Shown here piece after piece: positions 29,386-44,860 of a DNA stretch of 64,000 nucleotides. Origin of the DNA: the human T2T-CHM13v2.0 reference genome, Homo sapiens. Numbering within the stretch: the first letter of the stretch is position 1; every line of letters starts with the position of its first letter. A model generated the notes under the pieces. That model saw only the letters and a list, made by a program, of their open reading frames with translations. It made no database searches and had not been told where the DNA came from. Where the stretch lies: assembly GCF_009914755.1 (NCBI RefSeq), contig NC_060929.1. One strand, written 5' to 3'. Both the position numbers and the translations under genes were made by a program.

Positions 29386-29676
29386 ATTTTTTTATTTTTA
29401 TGTTTTTAGTTATTATAGATACATATTAGCTGTGCAAATTTATGGGGTGTATGTGATATTTTGATACAAGCATGCAATATGTAAAAATCAAATCCGAGTA
29501 ATTGGGATGTATATCACCACAAGCATTTATCTTTTTTTGCATTAAGAACATTCCAATTCCACTCTTTTAGTTATTTTGAAATACACAGTAAGTTATTGTT
29601 AACTATAGTCTCCCATTGTGCTACCAAACACCAGATCTTATTTCTTGTATTTAACTGTATTTTTGTACCCATTAAA
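29386..29676 (-). mobile_element. L1MA 3' end fragment
   Basis: T tail then atttatggggt..atgtgatattttgatacaagcat...aagttattgttaactatagtc...tttgtacccattaa. Confidence 0.85.
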
Positions 29677-30024
29677 AATATATTTGTGCTAAAAATGAGA
29701 TATTTATTTTCCCCCAGCTCATATTTCTACTGACTTTGAGCTTGAGATTCTTCTCTTCACAAAGTAGGAATGATGAGGTACTCACTCTTCTTCTCTTATT
29801 CAATCCTTACAAAGGGAAGAGGAATCACTGATCTGATTTTTCACATTTCACTGGTGGGCATGGTCACTAATTTGGTTACTTCATCTTCCATCCTCCTTTA
29901 AGAAACGGGGTCATGGTCAATATAGTTGGAGGAATAATTCACTTTAGACCAACATTGCAGGCCTGGTTTACTTCAATTCAGAGGAGAAGAAAACAGTACG
30001 CTCCAATTCAACCTCAGTCCTTAG

Positions 30025-30405
<381 letters not shown>

Positions 30406-32289
30406 GGGGCAATTCTTTGCTATTAGTTTAGAAATCTTGCATATGTGCTTCATCAGAGAGACCTCTAGGAGGAGAATGGCTAGAAGAGTCAGATTCTGCT
30501 TCCTTGGAGGCCTAACGAAGTTCATATCTTACAGCCTCAAGTTAGGATAATGAGCTTGAAACCATGCCTTATAATTATGGAAAAAAAAAAAAAAGAGGAA
30601 GGTTCATGCATCCCGAACTGTCAGACCAATCCCACTTTGTACTGGGAAATGTCCTTGGATAATGCAGTATTAACATTTCATCAAATTTAGTTGTCCTCAA
30701 GAAGTACCTCTTGCTGAAAAGGTTAATGCCAGCTTTCAGTTAGCATGAATACACTCTTCTGCCAGGTGCTATAGCCTGTAACTGGGTATAATCAGTCTTC
30801 CCTAGCAGCCCCAATATCCCATTCTGATGAAATCGGGGAATGTAACGAGATTGCTATTAGTTTGGGCCAGAGCCCAGAGTCACAAGACAGAATTCAGTAT
30901 CAGGTTACAGTTAAGGGTCAGAAATGAGGCAGCAGACATAATCAACCAGCTAGGGAATAACCTCTGACCCACCATCAGAAAGTCATAAGGTTTTGGTCAA
31001 TGTAAAACATTTAAGGGTAAAAGGAACCTGCACTCAGTAAGCTTTGGGATAAAAATGGAGACCGCTGGAAATTTTTCTTCCTCTTGCACTGGAAAGACAT
31101 CTGAAAGGAGTATCCGGGGCCTGAGGTCAGTGTGATTACTATTGTCAAGTTACACTCAAATATTCTAGGTGGGAAGACAGACTGTGAAGACATTTTCTTG
31201 ACATTTTGTTATGCAGCAGGATATTCAAAAAAGAGAATGAGGAATAATCATGTGTTTAAGCATCCTTTACTCTCCCCCTCTCCATATGGAAAAAAGAACT
31301 GATCTCCATAAAAGGTGTTCCTCTGATATTCTGGCAAGACGTCAATTATACTGCTGTCTTAGTTCAAGAGATAGTTGATCATAACATCTGCTCTTCCTTC
31401 ATGCAGATTTTTGAGTTTCCAACAGTGTCTTCACACTCCGTCAACATTCTCTTGCTACAAATGGGTAGTGCCTAAACAATCTCCTATGAAATTCTAGTTG
31501 CTGGAGATGTTTTTTCTCTTTTAGAGAAGGTGAGAATTTGAAATAGTCAAACATAATTTTTAAAAGTAAAATAACAACCCTTTCCTGGAGATTCACAAGG
31601 CATATTAATATATCAAAGGCAAAAAAAAATTCACAAAACGCCTCTGATTAACATTTTCATAAACATAGCATTTTCTGAAACATGAGTGCCTATAAATCTT
31701 TCTTGTCCATTTAACAGCTATTAGCATCCCGCATTACAGAACTCACATTCAGAGGGGCATATATTAGAAAACTCTGTACTGTAACTTTATGGGCACAAAG
31801 AGATTGGAAGTATGTAAAGATGACTTGACTCTCACTTCCTATTCAAATCCTAATGACAGGGAAAACTGAAAAAGAAAAAAAGAAGCGTCTCTTCTACAGG
31901 CACACCTGAATAGTTCAATTTATTGTCAACATGTATGAATTACTATATTTATAAGTGGGTTACCAGAACATACCAGAAATTAGTAGGCTGCAGCACTATT
32001 ATATCTAGCTGAAGCAGACTGCACTGATTATAGTCAAACCGTTGTCTGAATCCCACACATGCAAGCAAACAAATCCTTTTTTGCATCACTCAGGCCTACT
32101 AGAAAGACCCCACTGTGTCGTGCTTGAAGGTTATCCCAGTGGTAGCCCTTCCTGAAGCTTCACTGGCCTACCTTTTCACTACCTTTCAAGTTATCCTTCA
32201 GCTGGGCCATTCCAGCCGCTGGGCCTGAGGTCTCTGGGATTAACCGCAAGCGAAGTGAAAACTACATGCATTCAGGGAAAAGAAAGACC

Positions 32290-32795
32290 TGTTGAAGTTA
32301 GACATTACTGTATTAAAAATCAACCCAGTACTTAAAGGTATACAACAATGATTTAGTATTGCCCATGGTGTTGAGGGTCGTTGGACTCAGCTCTGTGATT
32401 CTTCTGCTTCACATTGTGTAGCTGAAGACATTCGTGTGGATGTATTCAACTAGGGGCTCAACTGGGACTGGAACACTTAAGGTAACCACTTATCATTATC
32501 CATATAATATCCATTAACCACTTAACCATTAACCACATCACATGGCCTCTCATCATTCGACAGTCTAGTCTGGACTTCATCACAGCACTGCAACTGGGCA
32601 CCAACAGAAGGTAAGTGGGATCTTCTAGTTGTTGCAAGGCCTCTGCTCAGAAATCCCAAAATATCACCTGTGATGCATTCCATTGGTCAAGACAAGTTAC
32701 CATGCCAGCCCTGATTTCACTCTTGGTGGGAGAAGCAGTGTGCACCTAGAGGCAGGAGGGTTGTGGGTAGCTGTATTTGGAGACCAACTACCACA
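32290..32795 (-). mobile_element. MLT1G/H-like LTR
   Basis: gactcagct...ttcttctgct, catggcctctcatcatt, cattccattggtcaa...gccagccc, tggagaccaactaccaca. Confidence 0.65.
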
Positions 32796-34007
32796 ATACC
32801 CAACACTTCACATTCTACAGCTTTGGTTGGTGGGAAACAGACAAAACTCAATACCATTCCTGGCAAAGAGGGCCCTATCTGAGGCACATTCAAAACTTGA
32901 CCCTTTTTATCTAGACCAATGCAATCCTTTACACACATGAAGGAAAATCATTACAAACCTCTCCTGGGTCCAGTTGAAACAAGCAAAATGAGCACCTAAA
33001 TCATTCTAATCTCATTTTTTTAGGAGATAACTATTATAATTTATCCTGGATTAATATTAAGTCCCTTTATGGAAAAATTGGGCTCCCTGACTACTCAGTA
33101 AATTATAAATTAAACTTTTAATTCTGTTCATGCTTTAATTCCTCACTAATACTCTTCATAGGAAGTAAGCAAGCATCCTCCTTACCAACAGCCCAACTGA
33201 CCTCTGAGGCTGGATTTACCATATCCAGAGAACAAAACCTAAATATGTATTTAACATTGTTATCACCTTCTCTTAAAGGAGCCAGCTCATATTTTTTCTG
33301 CATTCACCATTTGAAGCATAAGAGAGAGATGAGTGGGCTAGGCAGCTGCCTACGTAGTACACTTTGTGGGATGCTAAAAGGAGACCCTGCCCAAAAATAA
33401 TCTTCACAGCTGCCACGACATGAGGCCTGAAATTCCACCACTCTTTTTATTCACTTATGATCCTGACTCTTCTGGGATTCAAGGACAGAATGCAAAGATC
33501 CCAAGATATGGGAACACATGGGGTTGTCATCATCCATTAGCTTCCTGGCTCAGGGTAAAGAGCTAAGCCAGGGATTTTGGACAATGAGGCACAATCAGGC
33601 AGGGTTGGGGGCCTGTGGCTTGGCATATTCCTGAAGGCCAGAAAGGCAGATGTGTGTCCCATAGTCTTCTGTATGTGTTTGGAGATGGGAGCACTCCAAG
33701 AGAGGGACACAGAAACAAGGCATGCCCCTCCAATTTCACAGTGCCCTGAAGGGTGTTTGTTGGGGTGGAGGAAAGAGAAGGGGCAGTATAGGAGAGGGAG
33801 TGAGCGAAGGGCCAAAGGATACATTCTGAGTACATTCTCCAAAACTTGGGATTTAAAAACGCTTCAAAAGCGAACATTGTGTCATCACAATGGTTAAGAC
33901 CAGGATGAAAAGGCATAAAAGAAGCAGGTGCATAAAGAGAGTTAAAAGGGAAATTTTCAAATTAAGCCTTACCCACCCATGAAAGGTGCTGAAAAGATTG
34001 TAAACCA

Positions 34008-34258
34008 AAATAGCTAATGTTTATATTACACTTCCTATGAGTCAGGTTATGTTTTAAGAACTTTTTAATATATTAGTTTATCACATAGTCTGTGATACAG
34101 GTGCTCTTACTCCCATTTTAGAGATAGGGAAACTGGGGTTAGGAAAGTAGACTGAGTTGTTTATGGTCCCACAGCAGACATGTGGTAAAGCCAGGACTTG
34201 AACTCAGGCAATCTGACAGCTGGAATTCAGAGCCTTTTACTCTTTATCATTACACTGT
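34008..34258 (-). mobile_element. MIRb SINE
   Basis: aatagctaatgtttat...cccattttagagatagggaaactg...ccaggacttgaactcaggca.tctgac. Confidence 0.85.
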
Positions 34259-35381
34259 GATGCTTTCCAGGGACCACTGCTTACACAAATGCTTATGAAT
34301 GCAGAGAACATGCTAAAAGAATAAGAAACTGCTTTGCAGTACTGGCTTCTTGGAAGGGAAATTTTGAGTCCAGAGTTAGTTAGTGTATATTGAATACTAC
34401 TGGTATTGTTAGAATTTTTATTGTGTGTGCCTTACATTTATAAAACAAGAAGTGGGATTTAAATAATATATTTCCTTCAAAACCAACATATGGAGATTAT
34501 TTTTCTAATGTTTATTCAAAGTGACCCAAACTGTACAGTTAATCAGGCAATAATGAGAAACTTCCCCAAAAACAGATCTCCATCTCTGAGAAGCACTGTT
34601 TCTTCTCTCATTTTCTGAAACCAAAGCCTCAGTCAAGCTGCCTGAAGCCTGGACATACTTACGGCACCCCAGAGCACCTCAGGAGGTGGGGTTCTGACCA
34701 CTCTTACCATACCCACAAGATCAGCTGGCCTTGCTGCAAAAGCCAGAATGATGTACCACTACAGAATCCAAGGGCCAGCTCTGAAAATACCTCTATTTCT
34801 TTGTTAGATATTTGCTTAATGTCAGAGATAATTATTAATGACAAATAATGATAAATGCCAGAGATAATGATTAATCTTCATCTATCTATGCTCTCTAGTA
34901 CTCCTTTCCCTTTCCTCCCCCAGCCAACCTCATCAGCATACACATTTTCCTCCTTGAATGGCAAGGAGTTAAGGGCAGCATTTTGCTCAGGTTAGAGAAG
35001 AATTCAACACTGTAAGTAAAATCACTTTCACAGATTGCCACCATTCAATCTTGCCACTTAGACTAATTTAATAGAAATTGGAATTAGGTTGTAACCAGAA
35101 AGCCAAGTAAGACAAACATGCTATCATAAATCTCTATCAGTAAATGGTTAATACTTGCAAGCACTAAGTCAGAAGATTAGGAGGCTTGTTTACTGAGAGG
35201 AAACTGATATCCAGTATTTAAATCCAGTGAGAGAATTACCTGCCCTATATTATGGCTTTGAGTAAATGGAAGTGAGTCATAGATTAGGGATGAGAAAAGT
35301 ACAGTTTTCAAAAGGTAACACTAAAGATGTAAATTATAGAGAAGTAAAAGCATCTCCATCTCCTGTGTATTCTAGTCCCCC

Positions 35382-35570
35382 TACTGGTTCTCAACCCTGC
35401 ACAGTACCATGCTTCTCCCACTAACAGCCAATTGGAAATACATGATAAAATTTATTTAATGGTCATGATGACTGAGAGGCACTACTGGCATTTAATGAAC
35501 CAGTGATTTTAAATGTCCTGTAATGTGCCATAGAAGAGTCCTGCACAATGGAGAATTTTCCTGATATATC
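35382..35570 (+). mobile_element. MER20/MER20B (hAT-Charlie) fragment
   Basis: tggttctcaaccc...ctactggcattta...aaatgtcctgtaatgtgc...agtcctgcacaatg.agaatt. Confidence 0.65.
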
Positions 35571-35984
35571 ACGAAGACCATCCCTATCGCATAATATGAT
35601 ATTAGGCATCTGTAACACCTTAACTCAGAGCCTCTAGTCTCCAAAACTGCGGATCTATTTACCTAGAATGACCAAATTAACTCTCTTTGTTGGAAAATCA
35701 TGGTTTCCTCCTCATTTTTTAATTAAGAGGAAAGACTATAATTCAACTATAGTTTGTCCAATTGAAAGGGATGAAAGAGATTTCTTAAGTGATAAGCATA
35801 TCTGATGGACAGAGAATAATAGAAGAAAAATTCTCCTTAAACACCGGTAAGTCCCTGTGGAATTCTGTGACACAAGGGGACATCAAGTGACTGGATTTGG
35901 AAAAGAGGTAGTAGAGGAAAGGAAACAAAGACATCAACCAAAGTAGGTATCATATGTCCTTTCTTCCCTTCTTGATTTTCTCTG

Positions 35985-36110
35985 CCAATAGTTATTCTGT
36001 GACCACTATCTGCAGGCATTGTGTGAGGCACTGTGAAACAAAGATGAGCAGTAAGTGACATAGTTCCTACTCTCATGGTGTATGTATCCTATTGAGGGAG
36101 ACTAAGAATA
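35985..36110 (-). mobile_element. L2 3' fragment
   Basis: cactatctgcaggcattgtg..aggcactg...aaagatga...gacatagttcctactctcatgg. Confidence 0.65.
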
Positions 36111-37482
36111 AAATCACACAAATTTTAAGCAGATGGATGAGGACCATTGATTCATCCATGGTTGCCAGTCACATTACCCCTAGATACAAGCAGCACCAAG
36201 TAATTATTTCTCATACCATATAATTCCTGAGTTTCATTATCAACAAGTTAGTTAGACCAGTTACAAAACTTTTACAGACTCATTTTTTCCTAAGCATGCA
36301 AATCAAATGTACATTGCTTTGGATAGCATTGTAGATTCTTAAGTGGTTGGGGCAAAACCTTGTAGATTTTTCAGAACAGTAAGGGCACTTGAACATGACT
36401 CGTTGCAGCTCAGTATGAGTCACCAGGGAGGAGTAACCCTATTTCCAAATACAGTCTGAACGACCCTCTCCCACAATAGGCCACAGAGCTGTGAACCACA
36501 CAGGTGGTCTTGAGATTCCTTGTGGGGCTTTTAAGAGCACTCCTTGTCATTAATTCCGCAAGTGCTTAGAGAATGCAAATTCTAGCCCTTGTTCCATGTA
36601 AAAGCCCAAGAATATAAAGATGAGCAACAAACAGCCCCTTCCTTCAGGGGGCTCAGGCTGGAGAAGAAAGTATAATCATACAATATGATAAGTGCATAGG
36701 CACGTGATGTCCAGGTCTCATGGAACCCCAGAGGAAGGGATTAGTTACTCTTGCATCATGTTCTGAGATAACTATCTGTTCCTAAGGAGAATGACTGGAG
36801 ATGGAGAGCTTCATTTTCAGCCTTTGCTGATATACACGTTTCACGTGATTTGCTTTGGATAGCTATCTCTACACCAAAAGGTCTGGCTTTTTGTTGAGTC
36901 TGGATTCTCCAGAAGGTTTCTTGTCCAAGCCTGAGGATGAAGTGCTATTTTAATAGTAAGATTTAACTCAATTCACTCAATGAGGAGTCTGGAGAGTTCT
37001 GTGCACATACATGAAGATGACAGTGACCTCTCTCCATAACTTATGAACACTGCCTCCACTCCCAGAATCCTCCACCCCAGCTAACACACACTCATCCATT
37101 GCTCAGTGTAGCTGCTGCTACACAAAAGTGAGAAGGGGAGTAAGAACACAGTCCACTCCCTCCACCCTTGAGTTTGCCCAGAAACAACTTAGTGTGTATA
37201 TCCAGGCAACCAGTACTCAATCTACCAGTTCTCTTGAGGTCAAACTAAAGAACGCTTACTGTCTCCCAAGCCTAGAGAGGCTGCTTTGTTTACTTTTCAG
37301 GATTAGTCTCTATCTGGAAGCAGTATGAAGTCATAGCAAAGGCATCCTTTGGTTGTAGGAGGAAAAATCTGAAGAGCTACAGGTTCCACTGGGGATAGAG
37401 CAGGAAGAATCCAAAAGACTAAGCTCCATTCCCAGAAATCATATATCTAAGTGGTGAAAACAAGAAACAGTAAGAGATCTGA

Positions 37483-37784
<302 letters not shown>

Positions 37785-38133
37785 GAGATCTGACTTTTCT
37801 TTAGAGACTCAGGCTTTGTTCCTCACTTCTCCCACTGTCAGCTCCTTGTTTAAATATCTGACAGTTGCTGCTTGGGGAGGCAAATGTAGGTTGGTTCCAC
37901 CTGGAAGAAGAGCCACATAAGGCAGCAGTGGGCATCACTCAGGCAAAGTGCAGTATTTCACTACCACCCCATGCTGAAACAGCTCATCTGTTTCTGCCAA
38001 AATTTTCCAAAATAATTTCCTCTGAAGCTGAAAATGCCTCTGTCTTATTTCAGCCCATTTATCCCAACTGTTACGAAAGGCGTCAAGCAGGGGAGTTAGA
38101 ATAATGTAAGTGTTTTCTTTAAAAAATTAATAC

Positions 38134-38688
38134 TTTTTCTTTATCCATTCTATCATTGATGGGCATTTGGGTGGGTTCCAAGTCTTTGCTATTGTGAACA
38201 GTGCCGCAATAAACATACATGTGCATGTGTCTTTATAGCAGCATGATTTATGACCCTTTGGGTATATACCCAGAAATGGGATTGCTGGGTCAAATGGTAT
38301 TTCTGGTTCTTGATCCTTGAGGAATCACCACACTGTCTTCCACAATGGTTGAACTAATTTACACTCACCAACACTGTAAAAAATGTTCCTATTTCTCCAC
38401 ATCCTCTCCAGGATCTGTTGTTTTCTGACTTTTTAATGATTGCCATTCTAACTGGCATGAGATGGTATCTCATTACACATGGACACAGGGAGGGGAACAT
38501 CACACAACAGGACCTGTTGGGGGCTGGGGGGCTGGGGAGCTGTGGCGCTGTGGGGGGATAGCACTAGGAGAAATACCTAATGTAGGTGAGTTGACGGGTG
38601 TAGCAAACCACCATGGCACGTTTATATCTATGTAACAAACCTGCAAGTTCTGCACATGTATCCCAGAATGTAAAGTATAATAAAAAAA
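38134..38688 (+). mobile_element. Short L1PA7/8-type insertion with a twin-priming 5' inversion
   Basis: 38134-38475 is ORF2 3' sequence in minus orientation; 38476-38688 is the plus-strand 3' UTR and A tail; TSD aaaaa(a/t)ttaatac at 38121-38133 and 38684-38696, after ttt|aaaa. Confidence 0.88.
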
Positions 38689-39319
38689 TTTAATACAGCA
38701 TGTCATCCCAAAGGATTTAGTGACATTAACACACAATATACATGAAGACTATCATGAGGAAGATATTTATATATAAAGTACACCCCCACAAACTTCTGAA
38801 CAGAGAATTATGCAGCTTTTAACAAAGGGTACCTACAAAATAAGGCAGCTGAAGCAGGGAATCGAAAGGTGGTGATAATGTATCTTGGAAAGTAGGGCTC
38901 CAGGTGGCATTATTAGAAATCAAGAATGCAACATTCAGTGTTGAATGATTTCCTTTCTGTCCTGGCTTCCTCCCGGTCCGCCTTTCTGTATGATATCCTG
39001 GCTCTTATCTTCTTGCTCAATGTCAGCGCAGCCACTGCTGGTTGGTGAAAGTCATCCCCAGCTCTCATGGAGCAGCACAGAAAAACTGACCCAGCAGAAA
39101 TGAGATGTGTGGGGAAAAGGACAACTTCCCCCTAATCAGGGAGGTATAAGGTTAGTATTAATGGTGTTAGTATTATGACTTAGGGGGGCTTAAGAAAGGT
39201 ATATGTTAAGAACTCACTCTATACTCTGGTGGAGCTAATATTACCATGGTCAGAGACCTGGAGCAATAAAGCAGAAGCTCACCCTGCTGTCATCCCAGGG
39301 GATAGAAATTCAGTGTGGC

Positions 39320-39860
39320 CCCTCCTCATGCTCAGATCAAAGACTTGGGAACTTTATCCCAGAGTTTCTGCCCTCTAAACTCCATCCAGCCACCCCTGTC
39401 CATCCCATGGCCTCTCAGACACTCATGAAGTAGACTGTTCCAAGAACCTCCCACCTTGACCCCTTTAATCTCATCTCCACATCTCCATCAGTGGTCTTCG
39501 ACAAAATCAAATCTAATCTCGTCATTCTGTTGCTAAAACTTACTTAATGACTTTCTATCACTAGATAGAAAATAATGACTTTCTATCTAGAGATGGTAAA
39601 ATCTAAACTCATTCGTTTGGCATCCAAGGACTCTGACAACTCACATAGTCTACTTTTCATCATTATCCCCACATTCCAATATCATAGCCCTTTTCCCATC
39701 CCAGCAAACTTCATGCTGCAAGCACTCCAAACTACTCACCCTTGCCCAGAGAAGATCTGTGCTTCTGCGCTTTTATATACACCAGTGCCTTCCCCTAAGA
39801 CACTCTTTTGCACCATCTGCATCTAGAATTCTTTTTCAAATGTCAGTTTGTCTGAAATCC
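39320..39860 (+). mobile_element. L2 fragment
   Basis: gctcagatcaaagactt.gga, aaaatcaaatct.atc..gtca.tc, aaatctaaactc.tt...ttggcatccaagg. Confidence 0.55.
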
Positions 39861-39927
39861 TTGGGCAGAAATTTTAATTCCCTTTGTAGTTGACTAATTC
39901 TTTGTGCATGCCTGTCTTCTTTACACA

Positions 39928-40230
39928 ATGAATAGGGAATTTAGAGCATTCCTCATATCCCAGTACTGTACTAGATGCTGAGAACACAATAATGACTAGA
40001 AAAATAAGAATCCCAGCTCCCACTCTCATGGAGCCTACATGGAAGATGCACAGGTCTTGAGTGTAAGCATTATTAAAAGTACTACAGTGGACAGGCACAT
40101 GGGATTTGAGAAAAAGTAGTAGGTGTAACTGACTTAGGGAGGTCAGCAAAGGCTTTTCTAAATTAGAGATTTTTAAGTTGAGATCTGATGAGAAAACTAG
40201 GCAAAAGGGGACAGGAGTTCTATTCTGGGG
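39928..40230 (-). mobile_element. L2 3' fragment
   Basis: atttagagca...cagtactgtactagatgctgagaacaca...ctctcatggagc...ggtcag.aaaggctt. Confidence 0.65.
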
Positions 40231-40481
40231 TCTTTACACCCATTTTATTCCTTGGACTATGTGTTATTCTTCAGCAACAGACATACAATAATTCAGAGTA
40301 AGCATTTAGAAGTTTCAAAAGTAATTTGACAGAGTAATTTTATATCTCTTGAATCTAATAAAAAGTAAGGCTTATATTTTGTGTGTCTTTTACTCATTTT
40401 ATTTTTTTAGTATTTCACTTTTATCGTACTTATAAAAGTATCAGTCTGTGATAGATTAGACATTTAAAAAACCAGCTGGTC

Positions 40482-40901
<420 letters not shown>

Positions 40902-40939
40902 TAAGGCAGGCATGTGGATTCTGAGAATATTTGCTTACA

Positions 40940-41570
40940 GATAACGACCAAGGTGGTGATTATTTTTGTAACCAAGTAGGGAGACAGGATGGAAACTGAC
41001 CAGAAAAGAAGATGAACAAGGACCCAGCACTGACGACCATCAGTATGTAATGGCCTTTAGAGTAAGATGAGCCTCTAAGAGCAAAAAAAGGAGTAGAAGC
41101 CAGAGGTTGGGTGACAAGAGGAAGTGTTGAGCCTGAGAAGCCAAAAGAAGAAAGGGTGTCAAGGGGGTGGAGTGGCCTGCAGTGATGCATGAAAGCATGG
41201 AGACAAGCTGATTGCAAGTGTCACCTGGATAAAAAGACATAGAGGTCTTTGCTTTGGTACAAGCAATTTGGTGGAGAGGTGGTGGCAATGTGAAAGAGTT
41301 AATGAGTGAGGAAGTTGAGAAAAAGAAGACAATAGCAGTAAAAAGAGATGTGTTCGCTGGAGGTGGGTGTGTGTGGACGCAAGAGTTTTTTGGTGATGAT
41401 CATTGTATTTTTATTTTAATGAGAGAAATATGAACATTTTAAGAAAATACAATAACCCCTGTTGAGAAGGAAAGGTTGAATACAGAAGACAGAGAAAAAT
41501 ACAATAGTTTTTTTTATGAGAAAGTGAGTGGGGTTGTTATCCGAAGTACAAATACATAAGATGGGCTTAA
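40940..41570 (-). mobile_element. Diverged L2 internal fragment
   Basis: Purine-rich antisense-L2-like sequence (gagcctgagaagccaa..gaagaaag.gtgtcaagg, agcaattt.gtggag..gtgg). Confidence 0.45.
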
Positions 41571-42468
41571 TCCCCAATAGTTTTCTTGAAACAATGGACT
41601 ATAAAATCTAAGCCAGCTAAGGAGGAAGGAAAGAAAGGAGAGATGGATGGGAAGACTAGATGCGTCAAAAGACTGAGATTGTTGTGAGTCTAAAGAACAG
41701 TCACTGTGAAAAAGGATGAAGGAGTTAGCTAAGAGGAGAGGGCATTACAGTCAAAGAGGCAAATCTTTGGTTTAATGATTTTTGTTTAAAGAAAATATAT
41801 ACCACTTTATCTTTCTTTTTTTTTAGATATTCTATATTTCTTCAATCTTCATTTTGAAGACCTTCATTTCTTCAAGACTAGAGAGAGGAATCTCTCTGAA
41901 TTCTTTCTTACTTTCTAGAAGGATTCCCAGTCTAAGCTATGTCAGTCTTTTCCTTTGCTTCTATTCCTTTGTTGACATAGTCGTAAGTGTGGCGTGGTTC
42001 ACTTGCTCTTATTTGCTATGTCTGTGCATAGATGCTGTGCTGCTTCCCTCTGGATAGCTTCCTCCAGCCAGCTACTGCTCAAGAAGAGGGAGAGGAAGAG
42101 TGAGGAGGATGACCTGGGGCCATTCCAGCTTCAGTTTGAGTTTGTTTCCAACACTCAGCTAAACTGGATGTGTCTTGTATCACAAGCCACACACCACCTC
42201 AGTGTTCAGACTTTGTGGTGTCAGGAAGACTCACACTGAAGCCCTTTAAGGCCCAGAAACTCTGTCAATCAATGCTGCTGCGCCTTCTCACCCTGCTCAC
42301 CTAACGCAATCCCCTTGCCTAGAAGGCCAGCCATAAACAATTCTACCTACCCCGCCTTGTTGTAATGTGGAATGAAGCATCTCTGGGGACACTTCTCTTT
42401 GGACTCCTAGATCTCATCCATCTAATCAAAGCATCATTAGATGGGCCTTTAAGAATTATGACACTTAT

Positions 42469-43385
<917 letters not shown>

Positions 43386-43559
43386 AGAGGAGCTATGTAG
43401 TATTGCCCTGCTAACCTTTCCCTGAGTTCATGTTTCACTCTGTTTGAGAGATAATTTTTACAGTTTTTGTTTTGGGTTTGTGACTGTGCTTTTCACTTTA
43501 CTTTTCTATTGAGGTGGATTTTTTCTCTATTTTTTGTTATTTTAATTTTTAGGGTTAGC

Positions 43560-43654
43560 TTTTTTTTTTCTTTTTTTTTTTTTGAGACAGAGCCTTGCTC
43601 TGTCACCCAGGCTGGAATGAAGTGGCGCCATCTTGGCTCACTGCAACCTTCACC
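43560..43654 (-). mobile_element. Heavily 5'-truncated Alu (about 70 bp plus tail) with TSD
   Basis: Poly-T then gagacagagccttgctctgtcacccaggctgg...cactgcaacc; TSD ttagggttagctttt / ttagggtcatctttt. Confidence 0.88.
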
Positions 43655-44334
43655 TTAGGGTCATCTTTTCTATTTGTTATTCCTCTTATTTAGGGTATTT
43701 AAAGGGAGAGTAATAAAATATAGTATATATAATAACAATTACATATATTATAATATATAATTCCTTATAAAAGCCTGAAGTCTTTATCTTTTTGCTATTT
43801 TCTATTTCAAAGAAAGAATTATCAAAACAGATAGCAAGATGTTTGCATATCAAAAATAATGAAATTGTTGATAAAGTGCTATAAGCCCTCCAAATAATGT
43901 TAGCATAATATCACAAACAAGAAATAAGTAGTGGTCTATGTATTAACAGAAGAATCAAGTAACAGACCAAAAGGAACTTTCAGCAAACTTTTCGTTCATT
44001 TTTCTTCGATTTCCATGGAAATCTAGATATGCAAAGAAAATGTAAATAGATTCCTTTCAGAAAACATTTAAACATAGCATCAAAGGTGAAGGAATTTATA
44101 GAGAGTTCACTCTGAGCTGCAGATAATCCATGGATAGACTTCAAGATGTATGACAATCCCCTGAGCATTTGTAATGCTATGCAAGTGGATTTAAACATTT
44201 TGGGTGGGATAGAATCTGTATTTTCTCAGAGTTCAACTCTATCCCTTTCCCCTAGCATCAGGGTGCAAGTCCCCTCAGTAGTGGCCCTGCCTCCATTCTG
44301 TCTCCTTTACAGACTCTTTGTTAAATAGAATCAG

Positions 44335-44860
44335 CTAATGTTCATCCATTCAAAACCTTCCAATGGCTTCCCATTGCACTTAGAATCAAATGCAAACCCC
44401 TATCATTACCTTCAAGGTCCTAAAGAGGCAACCACTGCCCTCTCTCCTTTTTCTGAGTCTTCTCCCATTTTCGCTCCCTTCCTCACTATGCACCATCTGC
44501 ACTAACCTCTCCTTTCTGTTCCTGAACAAGCCTTGTTTGCTCTGGCCCTAAGGCCTTCTCACTTGTTGTTTGTAATGCCTCTCCCCCAGCTCTTCGCAGG
44601 CTGGCTCCTCCTGTCATTTGGCTCTCAGCTCAAGTGTCACTGTGCCACAGAAGCCTTCCCTGTTCACCTGATATAAAGTGCCCTCTGCACTATCCAGTGC
44701 AGTATTCTTTCTTATGTTTTTCATGTCACTCATTACCATCTGATACCTTCTTGCTCATTTACTTGTCTGTCTCTCTCTAGCAATATTGTTTCCTTGAAAA
44801 CAGAGACCATGTGTTTCATTTTCACTATCATATCCCCAGCTCACTGACTGAAGGACTGAA
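44335..44860 (+). mobile_element. L2a/b 3' fragment
   Basis: caaaaccttccaatggcttcccattgcacttagaat.aaat.caaac, ctcagctcaa.tgtcac...cagaagccttccctg, ttcactatcatatccccagc. Confidence 0.85.

Noticed and set aside
33537-33916. Three overlapping ORFs of more than 100 aa
   Set aside because: The sequence is purine/pyrimidine-skewed, has no domain similarity and lacks flanking splice signals.
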